From positions 1 to 64,000 of IMG/VR virus record IMGVR_UViG_3300031576_000014: a DNA stretch of 64,000 nt; one strand, 5' to 3'. Positions 9,531 through 19,588 of the stretch are shown here, in pieces. Position numbers and translations under genes: made by a program. The notes under the pieces are model-generated. The model worked only from the letters and a program-made list of their open reading frames with translations. It was not told where the DNA came from and did no database searches. The stretch comes from a virus. The stretch's first letter is position 1. Each line of letters begins with the position of its first letter.

Positions 9531-9908
9531 TCAGGGGAAACCTCCGTCGCTCTGAGCCCCTCCATGCCGCGCAACGTTGATCGGCGCCTGGAGGTCGAGG
9601 AGGTCGAGCACCTCCGCCGCTCGCACGGTCATGTACGCGACCGCGACCTGATCGAGCGACGCGTCGACGACGACCATCTCGGAGAAGACGTGCTGCCGGT
9701 ACTGCGCGCTCCAGGTCACGAGCCGGTGGGGCATCAGCGGCGTGACGATGCACAGCTTCTGCGCCGGACACCGCTGCGCAAGGAAGTTGACCGGAGCGTC
9801 CCCCAGCGCGGTCGGGACGGAGGTGACGTTGAACTTCCCGTTCTCGCACCGCGCGACGAGCTGCGCGGTCAGCGCCGCGATCGATGCCGGGTCGAGGTTC
9901 TGGCTCAC
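9531..9908 (-). CDS. Hypothetical protein
   Basis: TAACAT-N7-GTG start. Confidence 0.6.
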   Translation of the reverse strand: MSQNLDPASIAALTAQLVARCENGKFNVTSVPTALGDAPVNFLAQRCPAQKLCIVTPLMPHRLVTWSAQYRQHVFSEMVVVDASLDQVAVAYMTVRAAEVLDLLDLQAPINVARHGGAQSDGGFP

Positions 9909-10121
9909 CCTCCGGATGTTAGCCTACGCGAGCTTTCTCCGCGTGCTCGACCCCGAGCACGCTCGCTCCCGCACAACAGTCCCCGTCTTCGTTGAGGTCG
10001 CTCGCGAGGGTCGCCCCGACCTCCGCCGGGATGCCCGCCCGCTCGTTCCGCAGGTCTTCGATCAGCTCGACGAGCTGCGTACGGCCCATGCGCTCCAGGT
10101 CCTTCGCCACCGGGATCTCGA

Positions 10122-10406
10122 TCACGAGGGCCGCCGCTCGAAGGGCTTCGAGAAGACGACCTGGAACGCGAGGTTCGGCTCCTTCAGCCGCCGCAGCCGC
10201 GCCCGCACCGCGTCTGCGATGGCCGCTGCGAAGGTCTCCCGCGAGTCCCCTCCGTGGTCGACCGTCTTCGCCGTCCCCGACGTGAGCAGCTCGTCGCCCA
10301 TCATGTCGTACTCTTGCGGCCACTCGACGCAGTCCTCCCGCCGGAAGTTTTGCTGCCACACCACGAGACCACTGTTCTCGAAGACGTAGATGACATGGAC
10401 GTCCAT
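10122..10406 (-). CDS. Hypothetical protein
   Basis: GGGGAG RBS, protein-like ORF. Confidence 0.6.
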   Translation of the reverse strand: MDVHVIYVFENSGLVVWQQNFRREDCVEWPQEYDMMGDELLTSGTAKTVDHGGDSRETFAAAIADAVRARLRRLKEPNLAFQVVFSKPFERRPS

Positions 10407-10422
10407 GACGACTCCCCTAACC

Positions 10423-11004
10423 CTAGCCCAGCTCCGCTGGACGATCTTCCCCGAGGTTCATCCGCGGCTCCCGCAGCTTGAGCATCGTGAGCACCGCCGC
10501 AAGCAGCAGCGCCGCGAGCGCCGAAGCTTCCTCTCCTGGCTTCGCGTCGACGCGCATCGCCCAGCGTTGCTCCAGGTCCCAGCTCGCGTTCGGCGCGCCC
10601 GTGATGCTCCAGACGATCTTGGTCGCGCCGCTGTGCAGCGGCCCGCACTCGACGGAGAAGGGGCGAAAGATCTCCACCCAGTCACACTGAAGCTCCCAAG
10701 CCCGCGCGTAGCGCACCGCCGCGACGAAGAACCACTCCTCGTCCGTCTTCTCGGGGCCAGCAAACCGCCTCTGAAAGTGCCTGCTCATCAACCTCTCCGC
10801 CCGCAGGTGTTCGCCCATCTCCGCGGACAGGTCGCCGAATGTCGCCCGAAGCTCCGCGAGCGCGACGCGATCAGAGCGCCGCAGAAGCTGGTCGCTGTGT
10901 GTCTGCGGATGAAGGACCATCGGCCAGGATCCGACGACCTCGCCGCCCTCCTTCAACCGCAGGACGAGCGGCTTCTCCGCGATCCCGTGCTTGTAGACGG
11001 TCAC
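10423..11004 (-). CDS. Hypothetical protein
   Basis: GTGA-coupled ORF. Confidence 0.65.
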   Translation of the reverse strand: MTVYKHGIAEKPLVLRLKEGGEVVGSWPMVLHPQTHSDQLLRRSDRVALAELRATFGDLSAEMGEHLRAERLMSRHFQRRFAGPEKTDEEWFFVAAVRYARAWELQCDWVEIFRPFSVECGPLHSGATKIVWSITGAPNASWDLEQRWAMRVDAKPGEEASALAALLLAAVLTMLKLREPRMNLGEDRPAELG

Positions 11005-11831
11005 GCCTTCCTCTCCGCGTCCCGCTTCTCACGCCAGTCGAGCGCCGCCCGCACGTCCTGCATGCGAACATCCCTGTCCCTGTACGGCGCGAGACCGACC
11101 GCGTAAACGCGGTGAGCATTTGAGTCCGTGACGCGCCCCCAATCGTCGAAGATCTCGAACGCCTTCTCCGCCTCCATGCCACCGAGGGTCGACCAGCAGA
11201 TGTTGCCCTCGTCGAAGACCACGATGCCGAGCCGGTCCTTCCAAACGAGGTTGTGCATCTCCTCCTCGTGGAAAGCGACCTGCCTCTTCGCCTCCGCAAG
11301 CGCGCCCCGGTGATGATCGAGCTGCTCCATGACGAACGTCGTCCGGTCGTAGAGCCGGAGCACGTGGTGACGTCTCCGGTCTGGCCCGGGACTGTCGGGT
11401 CTCATCTTCGCGAATTGCTCGACCTGCTTCTCGTGCTCTTCGTCCGAGCACGCCTCGACGAGCCGGACCTCGTCGAGCGGGACGTAGCCGAAGGGCCAGC
11501 CGCACCAGAAGAACTCGTTCCTCTCGTAGTCCGCGTACGCGCAGACCAAGGTTTCCTTTTTGGGCACCTGTGAACGTTCGTCGGTTCGAAGTTGGACCTC
11601 GACGACGTCCCCGCAGCGGATGCGCGCCTGGTGCACCGGGCAGAAGCGCTCCCATGGCTTGAGGTTGTCCGGGTTCGTGTCGCGCGGAGGGGTGCTGACC
11701 CAAACGGTGACGGGCGCGTTGCACGTCGCGCAGACCGTGTGGACCTTCGAGAACGGTCCCTTGTGGGGATGCACGTCGGCGCGGTTCCGCTCAATCGTCT
11801 CGCGCACCTCAGGCTTCTCTTCTTCGGGCAT
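11001..11831 (-). CDS. Hypothetical protein
   Basis: 276-aa ORF downstream of palindrome copy 3. Confidence 0.7.
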   Translation of the reverse strand: MPEEEKPEVRETIERNRADVHPHKGPFSKVHTVCATCNAPVTVWVSTPPRDTNPDNLKPWERFCPVHQARIRCGDVVEVQLRTDERSQVPKKETLVCAYADYERNEFFWCGWPFGYVPLDEVRLVEACSDEEHEKQVEQFAKMRPDSPGPDRRRHHVLRLYDRTTFVMEQLDHHRGALAEAKRQVAFHEEEMHNLVWKDRLGIVVFDEGNICWSTLGGMEAEKAFEIFDDWGRVTDSNAHRVYAVGLAPYRDRDVRMQDVRAALDWREKRDAERKA

Positions 11832-11865
11832 GGGCCCGTAGTTGCCGCCGTTCTACTTGCGTCTC

Positions 11866-11885
11866 ACGTAAACCGCGGTTTACGT
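11866..11885. repeat. 20-bp palindrome copy 3
   Basis: ACGTAAACCGCGGTTTACGT; supplies the TAA stop of ORF 11880-12140. Confidence 0.97.
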
Positions 11886-12140
11886 GGCCCTCGCCTTCGC
11901 CCGGTACGCGCGAAGCTCTGCGGCGATCTGCACCCTCTGCTGCGGGTCCCAAAACGAGCAGTCTTCCAGCCAGGCATCGGGCACCGGTCCTGCCACAGAC
12001 GGCCGTCCCGTTCCCGTTTCTCGAAAAGGCGGAGACCGGGCGCTTTCCGCGCCGCCGTGCCCGTTCGAGCAGCTGATACCGCCCGGCGTCGCGAACTGCT
12101 CCTCGCCGCACACGCCGCACCACGTCTTCCTGCGCCTCAC
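11880..12140 (-). CDS. Small Zn-binding hypothetical protein
   Basis: CGVC...CSNGH. Confidence 0.5.
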   Translation of the reverse strand: MRRRKTWCGVCGEEQFATPGGISCSNGHGGAESARSPPFRETGTGRPSVAGPVPDAWLEDCSFWDPQQRVQIAAELRAYRAKARAT

Positions 12141-12230
12141 TGCTTCAGCTCCGCGCGCGCATGCGCGATCATCTCCTTGGCCGCCTGCGGATCCTCCGGC
12201 GACGGGAGCCGCTCAATCACAACCCCGTGT

Positions 12231-12482
12231 CTATCCTTTGCCATGCTCGTCTTCATGGGCATGCTTGGCGATCATCATCGCGTTCGCGGTCTCGCGGTCT
12301 ACGCCGAAGTCGAGGAGCGCGAGGAAGATCTTGCGCTCCTCGCCCAGCTTCTCGTTCGTCTGCGAGACGCACAGGTCGCACGCGTCGAACTCGGCGACCT
12401 CCTTGCCGTCGAAGAAGACAGTGCGTTTCCGGGCAGGCGCTCCACACCTTCCGCATCTACGGATGGGAACGACGTCGCCCAT
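12231..12482 (-). CDS. Small Zn-finger hypothetical protein
   Basis: CGRC...CDLC. Confidence 0.6.
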   Translation of the reverse strand: MGDVVPIRRCGRCGAPARKRTVFFDGKEVAEFDACDLCVSQTNEKLGEERKIFLALLDFGVDRETANAMMIAKHAHEDEHGKG

Positions 12483-12483
12483 G

Positions 12484-12699
12484 TCAGCGCCAGGGAACTG
12501 AGTCGTCGATGCCGATCGCCTTGCGCACGCCCGCGATCTGCTCGTTCCGCTCGTTGACGAGGTCGCCCAGAAACGTCGCGAGCTGCACGACGGCCTCCTC
12601 GCGCGTCGTCCCGGACCCCGCCACCGAGATGCCTCCCTTGAGGAACGCGCCCCAGCTCCCGTCAGCCTGCTCCGTGATCTCGACCGTCGTCTTCGTCAT
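12484..12699 (-). CDS. HicB-like antitoxin N-terminal domain protein
   Basis: VEITEQADGSWGAFL...GSGTTREEAVVQL fits the HicB partial RNase H fold pattern. Confidence 0.6.
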   Translation of the reverse strand: MTKTTVEITEQADGSWGAFLKGGISVAGSGTTREEAVVQLATFLGDLVNERNEQIAGVRKAIGIDDSVPWR

Positions 12700-12716
12700 G
12701 CCGGTCCCCTTGCCGC

Positions 12717-15569
12717 CTAGCGCGCCATGATCTTCGCAGCGACCCCGGGCCCCTGCTGCTGGCTCTTCCTCGCCCCTGGAACGAGCATCCCCCACTTGCG
12801 CGCCTGTTGGTGGGCAAAGAAGCAGTTGTGCACCGCGATCCCCTCGACGCAGAAACTTTCGTCCTCCTCGACGTGCAGGTTGTGGACGTCGCCCTCATAG
12901 GCCACGCGCTCCGCGCGGCTCACCTTCGCCAGCACATGACCGTCGTACAGGAACATCGGCGTGTTCGTGCGCCCGCTCTTCCACTCAGGGCGCGACAGGA
13001 TGCTCCCCCAGTGCTCGTGCTCAAGCGCCGTGGCGCGCTCGAGGAACCGAACTGAATCCGTTTGCGTGAGCTTGAGCTTCCATGACTTCTGGATCTGGCA
13101 GATCTTGCCAAAAACGTGCTTCGGACCGCCCTTCTCGTGCGCGCGCATCGACGCGAGGTAGCCGTTCTCCCAGAGCGTGATCCGCGCCTGCTCGAGCCAG
13201 CCACGTGAGATGCTCGCGCCCTCCAAGTTCGCCCGCCCCCGCTGCGAGATGTAGCAGCCGTCGCCCATGAGCCAGCCCCGGACCACGTGCTCGCGAAACT
13301 CCGGAGAGAGGTCCATCCACGCCCACGGCATCTCCTTGCCCGCTCCAGAACCGAATCGCTGAAAGGTGTAGTAGGCGTCCCTGGACCACGCTGTCCAGAC
13401 CACGCACTTGCCACTCCCTCGGTGCGGCGAGCAGTTCGCGTCGAAGTGTTCCCGCATCTTCGCGCGGAAGAACTCACCTAGATGCTCTTCTCGCTCGTGC
13501 AGCGCGACGTTGACCACGTGGCGATCGCCACCTACCGAGCCTTCGGCGATGTAAAGGCCCACCAGCATCGCAACGTCCAGCTCATGCGACTCAACAATCT
13601 TGTTGTTGAAAGAAGGTATCCCCTCTCCATGCTTCTCCTTCGGAACCGTGAACTGAAGCAGGCTCCCTGAAGCGAGCTTTCCAGGGGCGATCTCGACCGC
13701 TGAACGAAACTCCCAGTCTCCCGCACAGATGACCCGATTGCTCCGCGTCTCCGTCTCGATCCTCGCGGAAGAGGACCAAACCGGATGCTCGGACGTGACC
13801 GAAAAGGCCGCGCCTCCTCGCGGCTTGATCCGCAGCACTTCCCCCTCGTGGCGCCGCTTCGTTGTCCCTGTCACCTTCCGCCACCGTCCCTTGTGCGTCA
13901 GGACTCGATCGCCCTGACAGACGTCCTCGATGGAAACGAGCCCGCGCGACGTGGTCACCGGAGTTCCAGGTACGACGCAGGCCATCAAGGTATCGTCTGG
14001 GTGCTTGGTCGGCTCGTAGTAGAGGCAAGCGTTGACCCAGCGCTCGAGCGCCTTCGGCATGCGCCCGTCCGGCGCGTTCGGGAGCAGCCACGCGCCCTGG
14101 TACATCTCGGAGAAGATCAGCGGGACGCCAAACGTCGGGTCCGCCCGCGACGCGTCCGTGCGGTGCCCCCGGACCGGCACGGAAACGTTCTGGCGCCGCG
14201 CCTCGGAGACGACGAACTGCTGCGCCCCGTTGTTCTCGACGACGACGATCGAGCCGTAGCGCCTGTTCTTGTCCGCGATCTTCTTCAAGATGGTCCCGGA
14301 GTCGAACTTGCCGGCGTCGATCTCGAGGATCTGCCGGTGCCCGGAGTCGAGCACCGCGAAGGTGAAGAACGCCGTGTCGTCGGACGCGTCCCTCTGGGAG
14401 AACGCGAGGTCGACCCCCGTGAACGTCGGCTCCGGCCGGTTCTTCCAGCCCGAAACGAACGAGAAGACGCCCCTCTCGCGCGCGTTTCTCTTGCACAGGT
14501 CGACCCACTCCTGCTTGCACATCGCCGTCGCGTCGTCGCGGCAGACGAGAAGGTAGAGCTTGTTGTACTCCGAAGGCGCCGCGACGTACTCGAGCTTCTT
14601 CTCCTCGATGCGCTCGCGCGGGAACTCCTCCGGCCAGAGAGGTGCGCAGTTGTCTTCGTCCGGATCGTGCGCGCGCAGGCGGTAGCATTCCTCGTTCGGG
14701 TCCGGCGTCGCGGGGCGGAGGTCGGGCGACTCCCACTGCTTGCCCGCGACCTGGTCGCTCCAGTCGTCCTGGACCCTGACGTTGCCCTCGACGTCCATGC
14801 GCAGGGTCGCCCAGCCCGGCCCGTCCGGCGGGACCTTCTCGCACGAGTGCAGGAGGTCGTCCTGGTCCCAGGGCGTGTTGCAGAGGACGATGCGCGCGTC
14901 GCGGTAGTCGAGCCGCGAGAGCACGAGCGTGTCGAACCACTCCTTGACCTTGATGCGCTGCTCCCTCGTCTTCGTGTTCGCCCGGTCGAGCAGGTCGTCG
15001 ACGACGATCCAGTTCAGGCGCGCGCCCGCGATCGGGCCGTCCATGCCGTAGGCGCGCATCGTCGGATCCGGGACGCCCGCCGCGCGCCTGACCGTGATCG
15101 CGTCCTCCCTCCATGGGTCGCCTATCCTGTCCGAAGGGGCCAGGTCCGGGAAGACGAGGCGCAGCTCCTGCGAGCTTTCGACCATGTCCCTGACCGTGCG
15201 CACGACCTTCTTCGCCTGGTCGTGGGTCGCGGAGACGATCGCCCCGCGCGTGTTCGGGTTCCTGCCCGTGAGCCAGAGCGAGAGCGCGACCATGCAGGCG
15301 GTCTTCGAGTGCCCCGGCGGGAGGATCAGGACGGCGCGGTCGTGCGCCATCACGAAGTCGAAGATCACCTTCTGGTGCGGCGCGGAGACGACGCGCTGGT
15401 TCGTCTTGTTGTTGCGCATCACGAATGAGAAGAAGGCCGGGAGGTCCTCCCTCGCCTTCTGCGCGACGGATGCGAGCCTCTTCTGCGCCAGCTTGATCGT
15501 CTCCGGATCGTTGCGCAGGCGCTCCCAGGCGGCCGCGTCTGCTGCTGTTTCGCGCGGCGTTTGTTCCAT
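12717..15569 (-). CDS. terL: Terminase large subunit, intein-containing
   Basis: Walker A LPPGHSKT, Walker B IVVDD, coupling motif CNTPW, nuclease motifs TGVDLA, VVENN, HPDDTLMA. Confidence 0.92.
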   Translation of the reverse strand: MEQTPRETAADAAAWERLRNDPETIKLAQKRLASVAQKAREDLPAFFSFVMRNNKTNQRVVSAPHQKVIFDFVMAHDRAVLILPPGHSKTACMVALSLWLTGRNPNTRGAIVSATHDQAKKVVRTVRDMVESSQELRLVFPDLAPSDRIGDPWREDAITVRRAAGVPDPTMRAYGMDGPIAGARLNWIVVDDLLDRANTKTREQRIKVKEWFDTLVLSRLDYRDARIVLCNTPWDQDDLLHSCEKVPPDGPGWATLRMDVEGNVRVQDDWSDQVAGKQWESPDLRPATPDPNEECYRLRAHDPDEDNCAPLWPEEFPRERIEEKKLEYVAAPSEYNKLYLLVCRDDATAMCKQEWVDLCKRNARERGVFSFVSGWKNRPEPTFTGVDLAFSQRDASDDTAFFTFAVLDSGHRQILEIDAGKFDSGTILKKIADKNRRYGSIVVVENNGAQQFVVSEARRQNVSVPVRGHRTDASRADPTFGVPLIFSEMYQGAWLLPNAPDGRMPKALERWVNACLYYEPTKHPDDTLMACVVPGTPVTTSRGLVSIEDVCQGDRVLTHKGRWRKVTGTTKRRHEGEVLRIKPRGGAAFSVTSEHPVWSSSARIETETRSNRVICAGDWEFRSAVEIAPGKLASGSLLQFTVPKEKHGEGIPSFNNKIVESHELDVAMLVGLYIAEGSVGGDRHVVNVALHEREEHLGEFFRAKMREHFDANCSPHRGSGKCVVWTAWSRDAYYTFQRFGSGAGKEMPWAWMDLSPEFREHVVRGWLMGDGCYISQRGRANLEGASISRGWLEQARITLWENGYLASMRAHEKGGPKHVFGKICQIQKSWKLKLTQTDSVRFLERATALEHEHWGSILSRPEWKSGRTNTPMFLYDGHVLAKVSRAERVAYEGDVHNLHVEEDESFCVEGIAVHNCFFAHQQARKWGMLVPGARKSQQQGPGVAAKIMAR
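12825..13979 (-). mobile_element. Intein (385 aa) with LAGLIDADG homing endonuclease in terL
   Basis: Begins CVVPGTPVTT, ends IAVHN before Cys; block B VTSEHPV; LVGLYIAEGS and VRGWLMGDG motifs. Confidence 0.93.
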
Positions 15570-15878
15570 GGGAAGGCGCTTCAGGTTACTCGCGCCCGAA
15601 GACGCACGCCTTGATCTCGTTCGCCAGGGCGACGGCGTGCGCGTTGCACAGCGTGATCGGCGTCCCGTCCCCGCTCGTCTGGTAACGGCGGCCCGGACCC
15701 ACGCACCAGACGCACCATCCCCCGTCGAAAGACTCGACCTTCGGCTTCCCCGCCAGCCGCGCATGCACGTGGCAGTACGGAGAGGCTCCCCGCGCGTTCC
15801 TCGCGCACGGACGGGGGCGCGCAAGCTTGCCGTTCGATCCCCAGCGGACGATCGCCTCGCACTTCACGGTTTCGACTG

Positions 15879-16115
15879 CTACCGGCGAGCCAAGCGCCAA
15901 GCTTTCATCGCGCCAGCGCAAGCGCGCGCCTCTTCGATCTTTTCCAGGTCGGAATCTTCGACCAACAAGCCCACACGCGCCATCCGCTTGTCCGCCCACG
16001 CGCGCACGGGCGCCGGCGCGTCTTCGTCCCTGCCGAGCAGCACGAACATCGGCTCGTCCGGGTAGGCCTTAGCGTGGCAGTCGAACTTTTCCCGGATTGT
16101 TCTTCGCGTGCTCAT
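15879..16115 (-). CDS. Conserved-looking phage hypothetical protein
   Basis: AYPDEPMFVLLGRD...AWA motif. Confidence 0.6.
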   Translation of the reverse strand: MSTRRTIREKFDCHAKAYPDEPMFVLLGRDEDAPAPVRAWADKRMARVGLLVEDSDLEKIEEARACAGAMKAWRLARR

Positions 16116-16309
16116 CCGGTTGACACACAATTCGTATGGTTGGTTTGCGAACGAAGGCCGTGGACGTGGTTCCAACACCAACCACAAATCAAAAGCCCAC
16201 AGTTCGGACAGCGCCGACGACGCGCACGCTGCTTTGCCCCGTCTTTTCGAAGGATCAACGGCATGTGCTCGCCGCAGTCCTCGCATCGTTCGCGATCGAT
16301 TGTGTCCAC
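16112..16309 (-). CDS. Small Zn-finger protein
   Basis: CEDC, CPNC, CGWC; GGAG RBS. Confidence 0.55.
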   Translation of the reverse strand: MDTIDRERCEDCGEHMPLILRKDGAKQRARRRRCPNCGLLICGWCWNHVHGLRSQTNHTNCVSTG

Positions 16310-16522
16310 TCCTCACCTACCATTGGTTCTTCGTTCCCATGCTCCCTGGTTGCCGCTACGGAGGAATCTTCGCAAGCTCTTCCCGCGCACGAGCGATCAC
16401 CACGAGCCACCTCTCGGCGCCCGAGGGGTTGTCGGCCGAGTGCACGAGGAACTGCTGGAGCGCGTGCTCGACGCACCTGTGGAGCGCCGCCCGGACCGCA
16501 GCATTATCGTTGGACAGCGTTG

Positions 16523-16915
16523 TCATGCCGACTCCGGGACGATCGTGAAACGCTGCTCGCTCGACTCCGCCACGCGCTTCCACTGCTCGGGGAAGTGTTC
16601 GAGGGCTAGGTCTCTCATCTCCGCCACCGTGTGCACCCCGTGCGCGATGAACGCTGCGTTGCTTCCTGGGCGGGCGTCGACGGTGTTGTCCCAGCCGGCG
16701 AGGATCGTCAGGAGGTTGCCGTGCGCCGCGTGGACGACGACCAGGCGCCATGTGCCCGGAACCTTCTCGACCGGGGCGAAGGTGCCGTCGAGCAGGTGGC
16801 AGGGAAAGCCCATCCTCGAATCGTTCTCCGCCGATCTGCCCGAGCGGAACTTGTCGAAAAGGTAATGCCCCTTCACACCCTCGCGCTCGCAGCCGAAGTA
16901 CCAGACGTCCTTCAT
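16523..16915 (-). CDS. Hypothetical protein
   Basis: ATGA-coupled ORF. Confidence 0.65.
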   Translation of the reverse strand: MKDVWYFGCEREGVKGHYLFDKFRSGRSAENDSRMGFPCHLLDGTFAPVEKVPGTWRLVVVHAAHGNLLTILAGWDNTVDARPGSNAAFIAHGVHTVAEMRDLALEHFPEQWKRVAESSEQRFTIVPESA

Positions 16916-17550
16916 CGGAAGTCCTTGCGCTTGATCTTCGCCATGCGCCCGTCTGGGTGATAGAAGACCAGCCCCTCCGCTGCGCAGCCCGGACTAATGC
17001 GGCTCATGAGTCCTTCTGCGACATGACCCGGGTTGATGCTGTTCATGTCGGACCCGGACCTCATCCATTTCCACAGACCAGCGAACGTGCGCGGAAAGGC
17101 CGCCTGGTACGTCGCGCGAGCGCGGAAGAGCGCTAGCGAGAACGGGAAGAGTGTGTTGACGTCCACCATGAGCGGGTTGCCTTGGATGTTCTTCCCGAAC
17201 GCCTCGCAAGGATGCTCCCCGTCCGGCATCTCACCGGGCAGCAAGCGCAGGGACGTCGACATGAACGCGAGCGCAGCCTCCCAAATGTATTTGTCGCCTG
17301 GATCGTTCTCGTCGGCGTCGACGTACCAAGGATCCTTGATGCCCTTATGCTTCTGTAACAGTGACGGGTTGCGACGCTTCTCGAGCCGCACCAGATAACC
17401 CGCGCGGACCGTGACGCGCACGTTCGTCCCGTCGACCTTCTCGACCGCGTCGCCCATGCCGTCCCGCACCCAGATGCACTCCGGCTTCCAAACGTCGACA
17501 ACGCCGTGAGTCTTCGCGTCTCTCTCGAAGATGGTCGATATCTTCTCCAT
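16912..17550 (-). CDS. ATP-dependent RNA ligase-like nucleotidyltransferase (RLIG1/DUF5565-like)
   Basis: Motif I EKVDGTN, motif IV EGLVF, motif V AKIKRKDF. Confidence 0.8.
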   Translation of the reverse strand: MEKISTIFERDAKTHGVVDVWKPECIWVRDGMGDAVEKVDGTNVRVTVRAGYLVRLEKRRNPSLLQKHKGIKDPWYVDADENDPGDKYIWEAALAFMSTSLRLLPGEMPDGEHPCEAFGKNIQGNPLMVDVNTLFPFSLALFRARATYQAAFPRTFAGLWKWMRSGSDMNSINPGHVAEGLMSRISPGCAAEGLVFYHPDGRMAKIKRKDFR

Positions 17551-17874
17551 GCGGCGCTACTTGCCGCCGCGGGACCCTCAGGTCCCCGTGAGGTCGACGT
17601 CGGTCGCCGTGCTCAGCTGAACGAACTCCGCGGGCTTCTCGAGCTTCATCTCGATCGCCACGTGCCCGCAGACGGTGCACCAGGTCCGGCGCTCGACCAC
17701 CACCCCGGCGTACGGGTACGCCTGCTCGCTCGAGACGAGGGTGCTGTCGCCCGCCATGTCCTTGTGGTCGCAGGCGCCCTCCCTCGAAACAGTCGTGCTC
17801 TCGCGGTCCTCGTCCATCGTGGGGTCCCAGACGCAGTGTAAACCGCGGTCCGGACAGGTGCCAGCCGCGCTGCC

Positions 17875-17894
17875 ACGTAAACCGCGGTTTACGT
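17875..17894. repeat. 20-bp palindrome copy 4 (partial 12-bp copy at 17838-17849)
   Basis: CC-ACGTAAACCGCGGTTTACGT-GG; GTAAACCGCGGT just before it. Confidence 0.97.
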
Positions 17895-17904
17895 GGGAAC
17901 AGGC

Positions 17905-18546
17905 CTACTCCGCCGCGCTCGGGACGGGGAGCGCGTCGAACGCCTTGGCCTTCAGCTCGACCTCCCGCTGCTCGTCGGCGAGCCTCTTCAGGTGCTCGCC
18001 GTCGACGGACCCGATGACGGCGAGCATCGCCTGCGTGTACCGGACATCGATGTCGACCCTGATCGGCTCCCGGTTCCCCTCAAGGTCCGCCAGAAAGCGC
18101 TCCCAACGTAGAAGCTTTTGGTAGTCCGGGGGCGTGCGCCAGCCGACCACCTGGTTGTTCTCGACGATCGGATCGCCCTGGAGGCGGAGGATCATGCGCC
18201 GCACGCGCCTGATCTGCTCCGCCCGCGTGAACGGCCTTTGCTGCTCCGTCTCGTCCGCCCAGCGCCGCCGCACGCGTCCCGCGAGCTTGAGCGCGTACGC
18301 CTGGCCCAGCCCGTGCTGCTCGCGCATCGCGCGCAAGAGCTGGTGGTTGCCCGCGCCCTGGAGGAGCAGTCCCTCGACCGTCTGCTCGTACAGCTCGACC
18401 TCCGCGCGCGCGTAGATGACGCGGCCTCCCTGGCGCGTCTCCGCGATCCTCTCCGGCAAGACGCGCGCGACGAAGCGCCGCTCCGCCTCCGCCGCCAAGT
18501 CCCTCTGCCCGGGCCGGTTCCCCGGTGCCCTGCGCCTTCGGGCCAT
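17905..18546 (-). CDS. Putative terminase small subunit
   Basis: HTH-like N-half, helical core, C-terminal ERFLADLEG..PIRVDIDV; upstream of terL. Confidence 0.45.
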   Translation of the reverse strand: MARRRRAPGNRPGQRDLAAEAERRFVARVLPERIAETRQGGRVIYARAEVELYEQTVEGLLLQGAGNHQLLRAMREQHGLGQAYALKLAGRVRRRWADETEQQRPFTRAEQIRRVRRMILRLQGDPIVENNQVVGWRTPPDYQKLLRWERFLADLEGNREPIRVDIDVRYTQAMLAVIGSVDGEHLKRLADEQREVELKAKAFDALPVPSAAE

Positions 18547-19228
18547 CTTCCCCCAACCTAGCGCCTATCGAGGCGCTTTGCCAAAGTCTGGAGGGCGCTC
18601 GTCGCTCCGGACGTGGCCGAGCAGCTCTCGCCATCACCATTCCTCTTGCCCGACACTGTCGGGATCTTCCCAGGTCTCGCCCGCGTCCGCCGGGTCGAAG
18701 TCCGCAGGCTGCGGCCCGAAGTACCGCCGCCTGTTCTCCTCTTCCCGCGCGAGCCGCTTCCCGCCGCACGTCTCGCAGCGCATGAAGCACTTGGTCCCGT
18801 AGCCGGGCCAGCGCGGCTCGACGCCGTGCGCTCCCCCGCAATCGATGCATCTCGGCTTCTCTTTCTCGTCGTTCACGGCGGTGTTCCTCTCCCTCCGGCT
18901 TCCTGTTCGCGCCTTCGATCCTCGTCGCACTGGCCGCACTGGCCCCGGGCACAGCTTCGCCCGTGCGTGCAGTCGTGCGGGCGGGCCGTGCGCGTCTTCT
19001 TGTGCTGTACAACCTTCCGGCCGCACCAGTGACAGGTGACTTCCCGCTTTGCTCGGTCCGCGTCCTTCGCGTCCGCCTCCTGCTTCCCGTCCGCGAGCGC
19101 CTGCGCGAGCGCTCCCCACGCTGCGCAGTCCGCACGCTCGCCAGCCAACGCTTTGCCGACCGCCTGGAGCGACAGCTCCTCCGCCTGCTTCCTCGTGAGG
19201 AAGAACCCGACATAGACGTCCGACCGCT

Positions 19229-19588
19229 TCATGACTTCACCTCGACGGTCCAGCGCTTCTTCGGATCGACGCGGCCAACGGCGCTGACGCCTTCGTCGCA
19301 TCCGAGCCACGCGTCGATCTCTGTTGCGTGCTCGCGGAGCAGCTTGAACGAGAGGCGACCTTCCGCGAGCACCTTGCTGCGCTCGGAGAAGCCCTCGACT
19401 ACGGCGAGGACCAACGTTGCGGGCGCGTAAGCTTGCGGCATGCCGAGCCCCGACCAGAAACGGCAACCTGGCCGGAACTGAAGCTCGCGCGTGCCGGCAC
19501 GGGCAAGAACGATCTGCTCCGAACCGTAGTCGACTCCACCCCACTCTCGCGGATGCTTCACGACCGGGGTGATGATCTCGAGCATCAT
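19229..19588 (-). CDS. Hypothetical protein (early-type island A)
   Basis: ATGA-coupled, AGGAGG RBS. Confidence 0.65.
   Translation of the reverse strand: MMLEIITPVVKHPREWGGVDYGSEQIVLARAGTRELQFRPGCRFWSGLGMPQAYAPATLVLAVVEGFSERSKVLAEGRLSFKLLREHATEIDAWLGCDEGVSAVGRVDPKKRWTVEVKS

Noticed and set aside
11098-11113. ACCGCGTAAACGCGGT hairpin resembling the palindrome
   Set aside because: Different arrangement, inside a CDS, plausibly chance.
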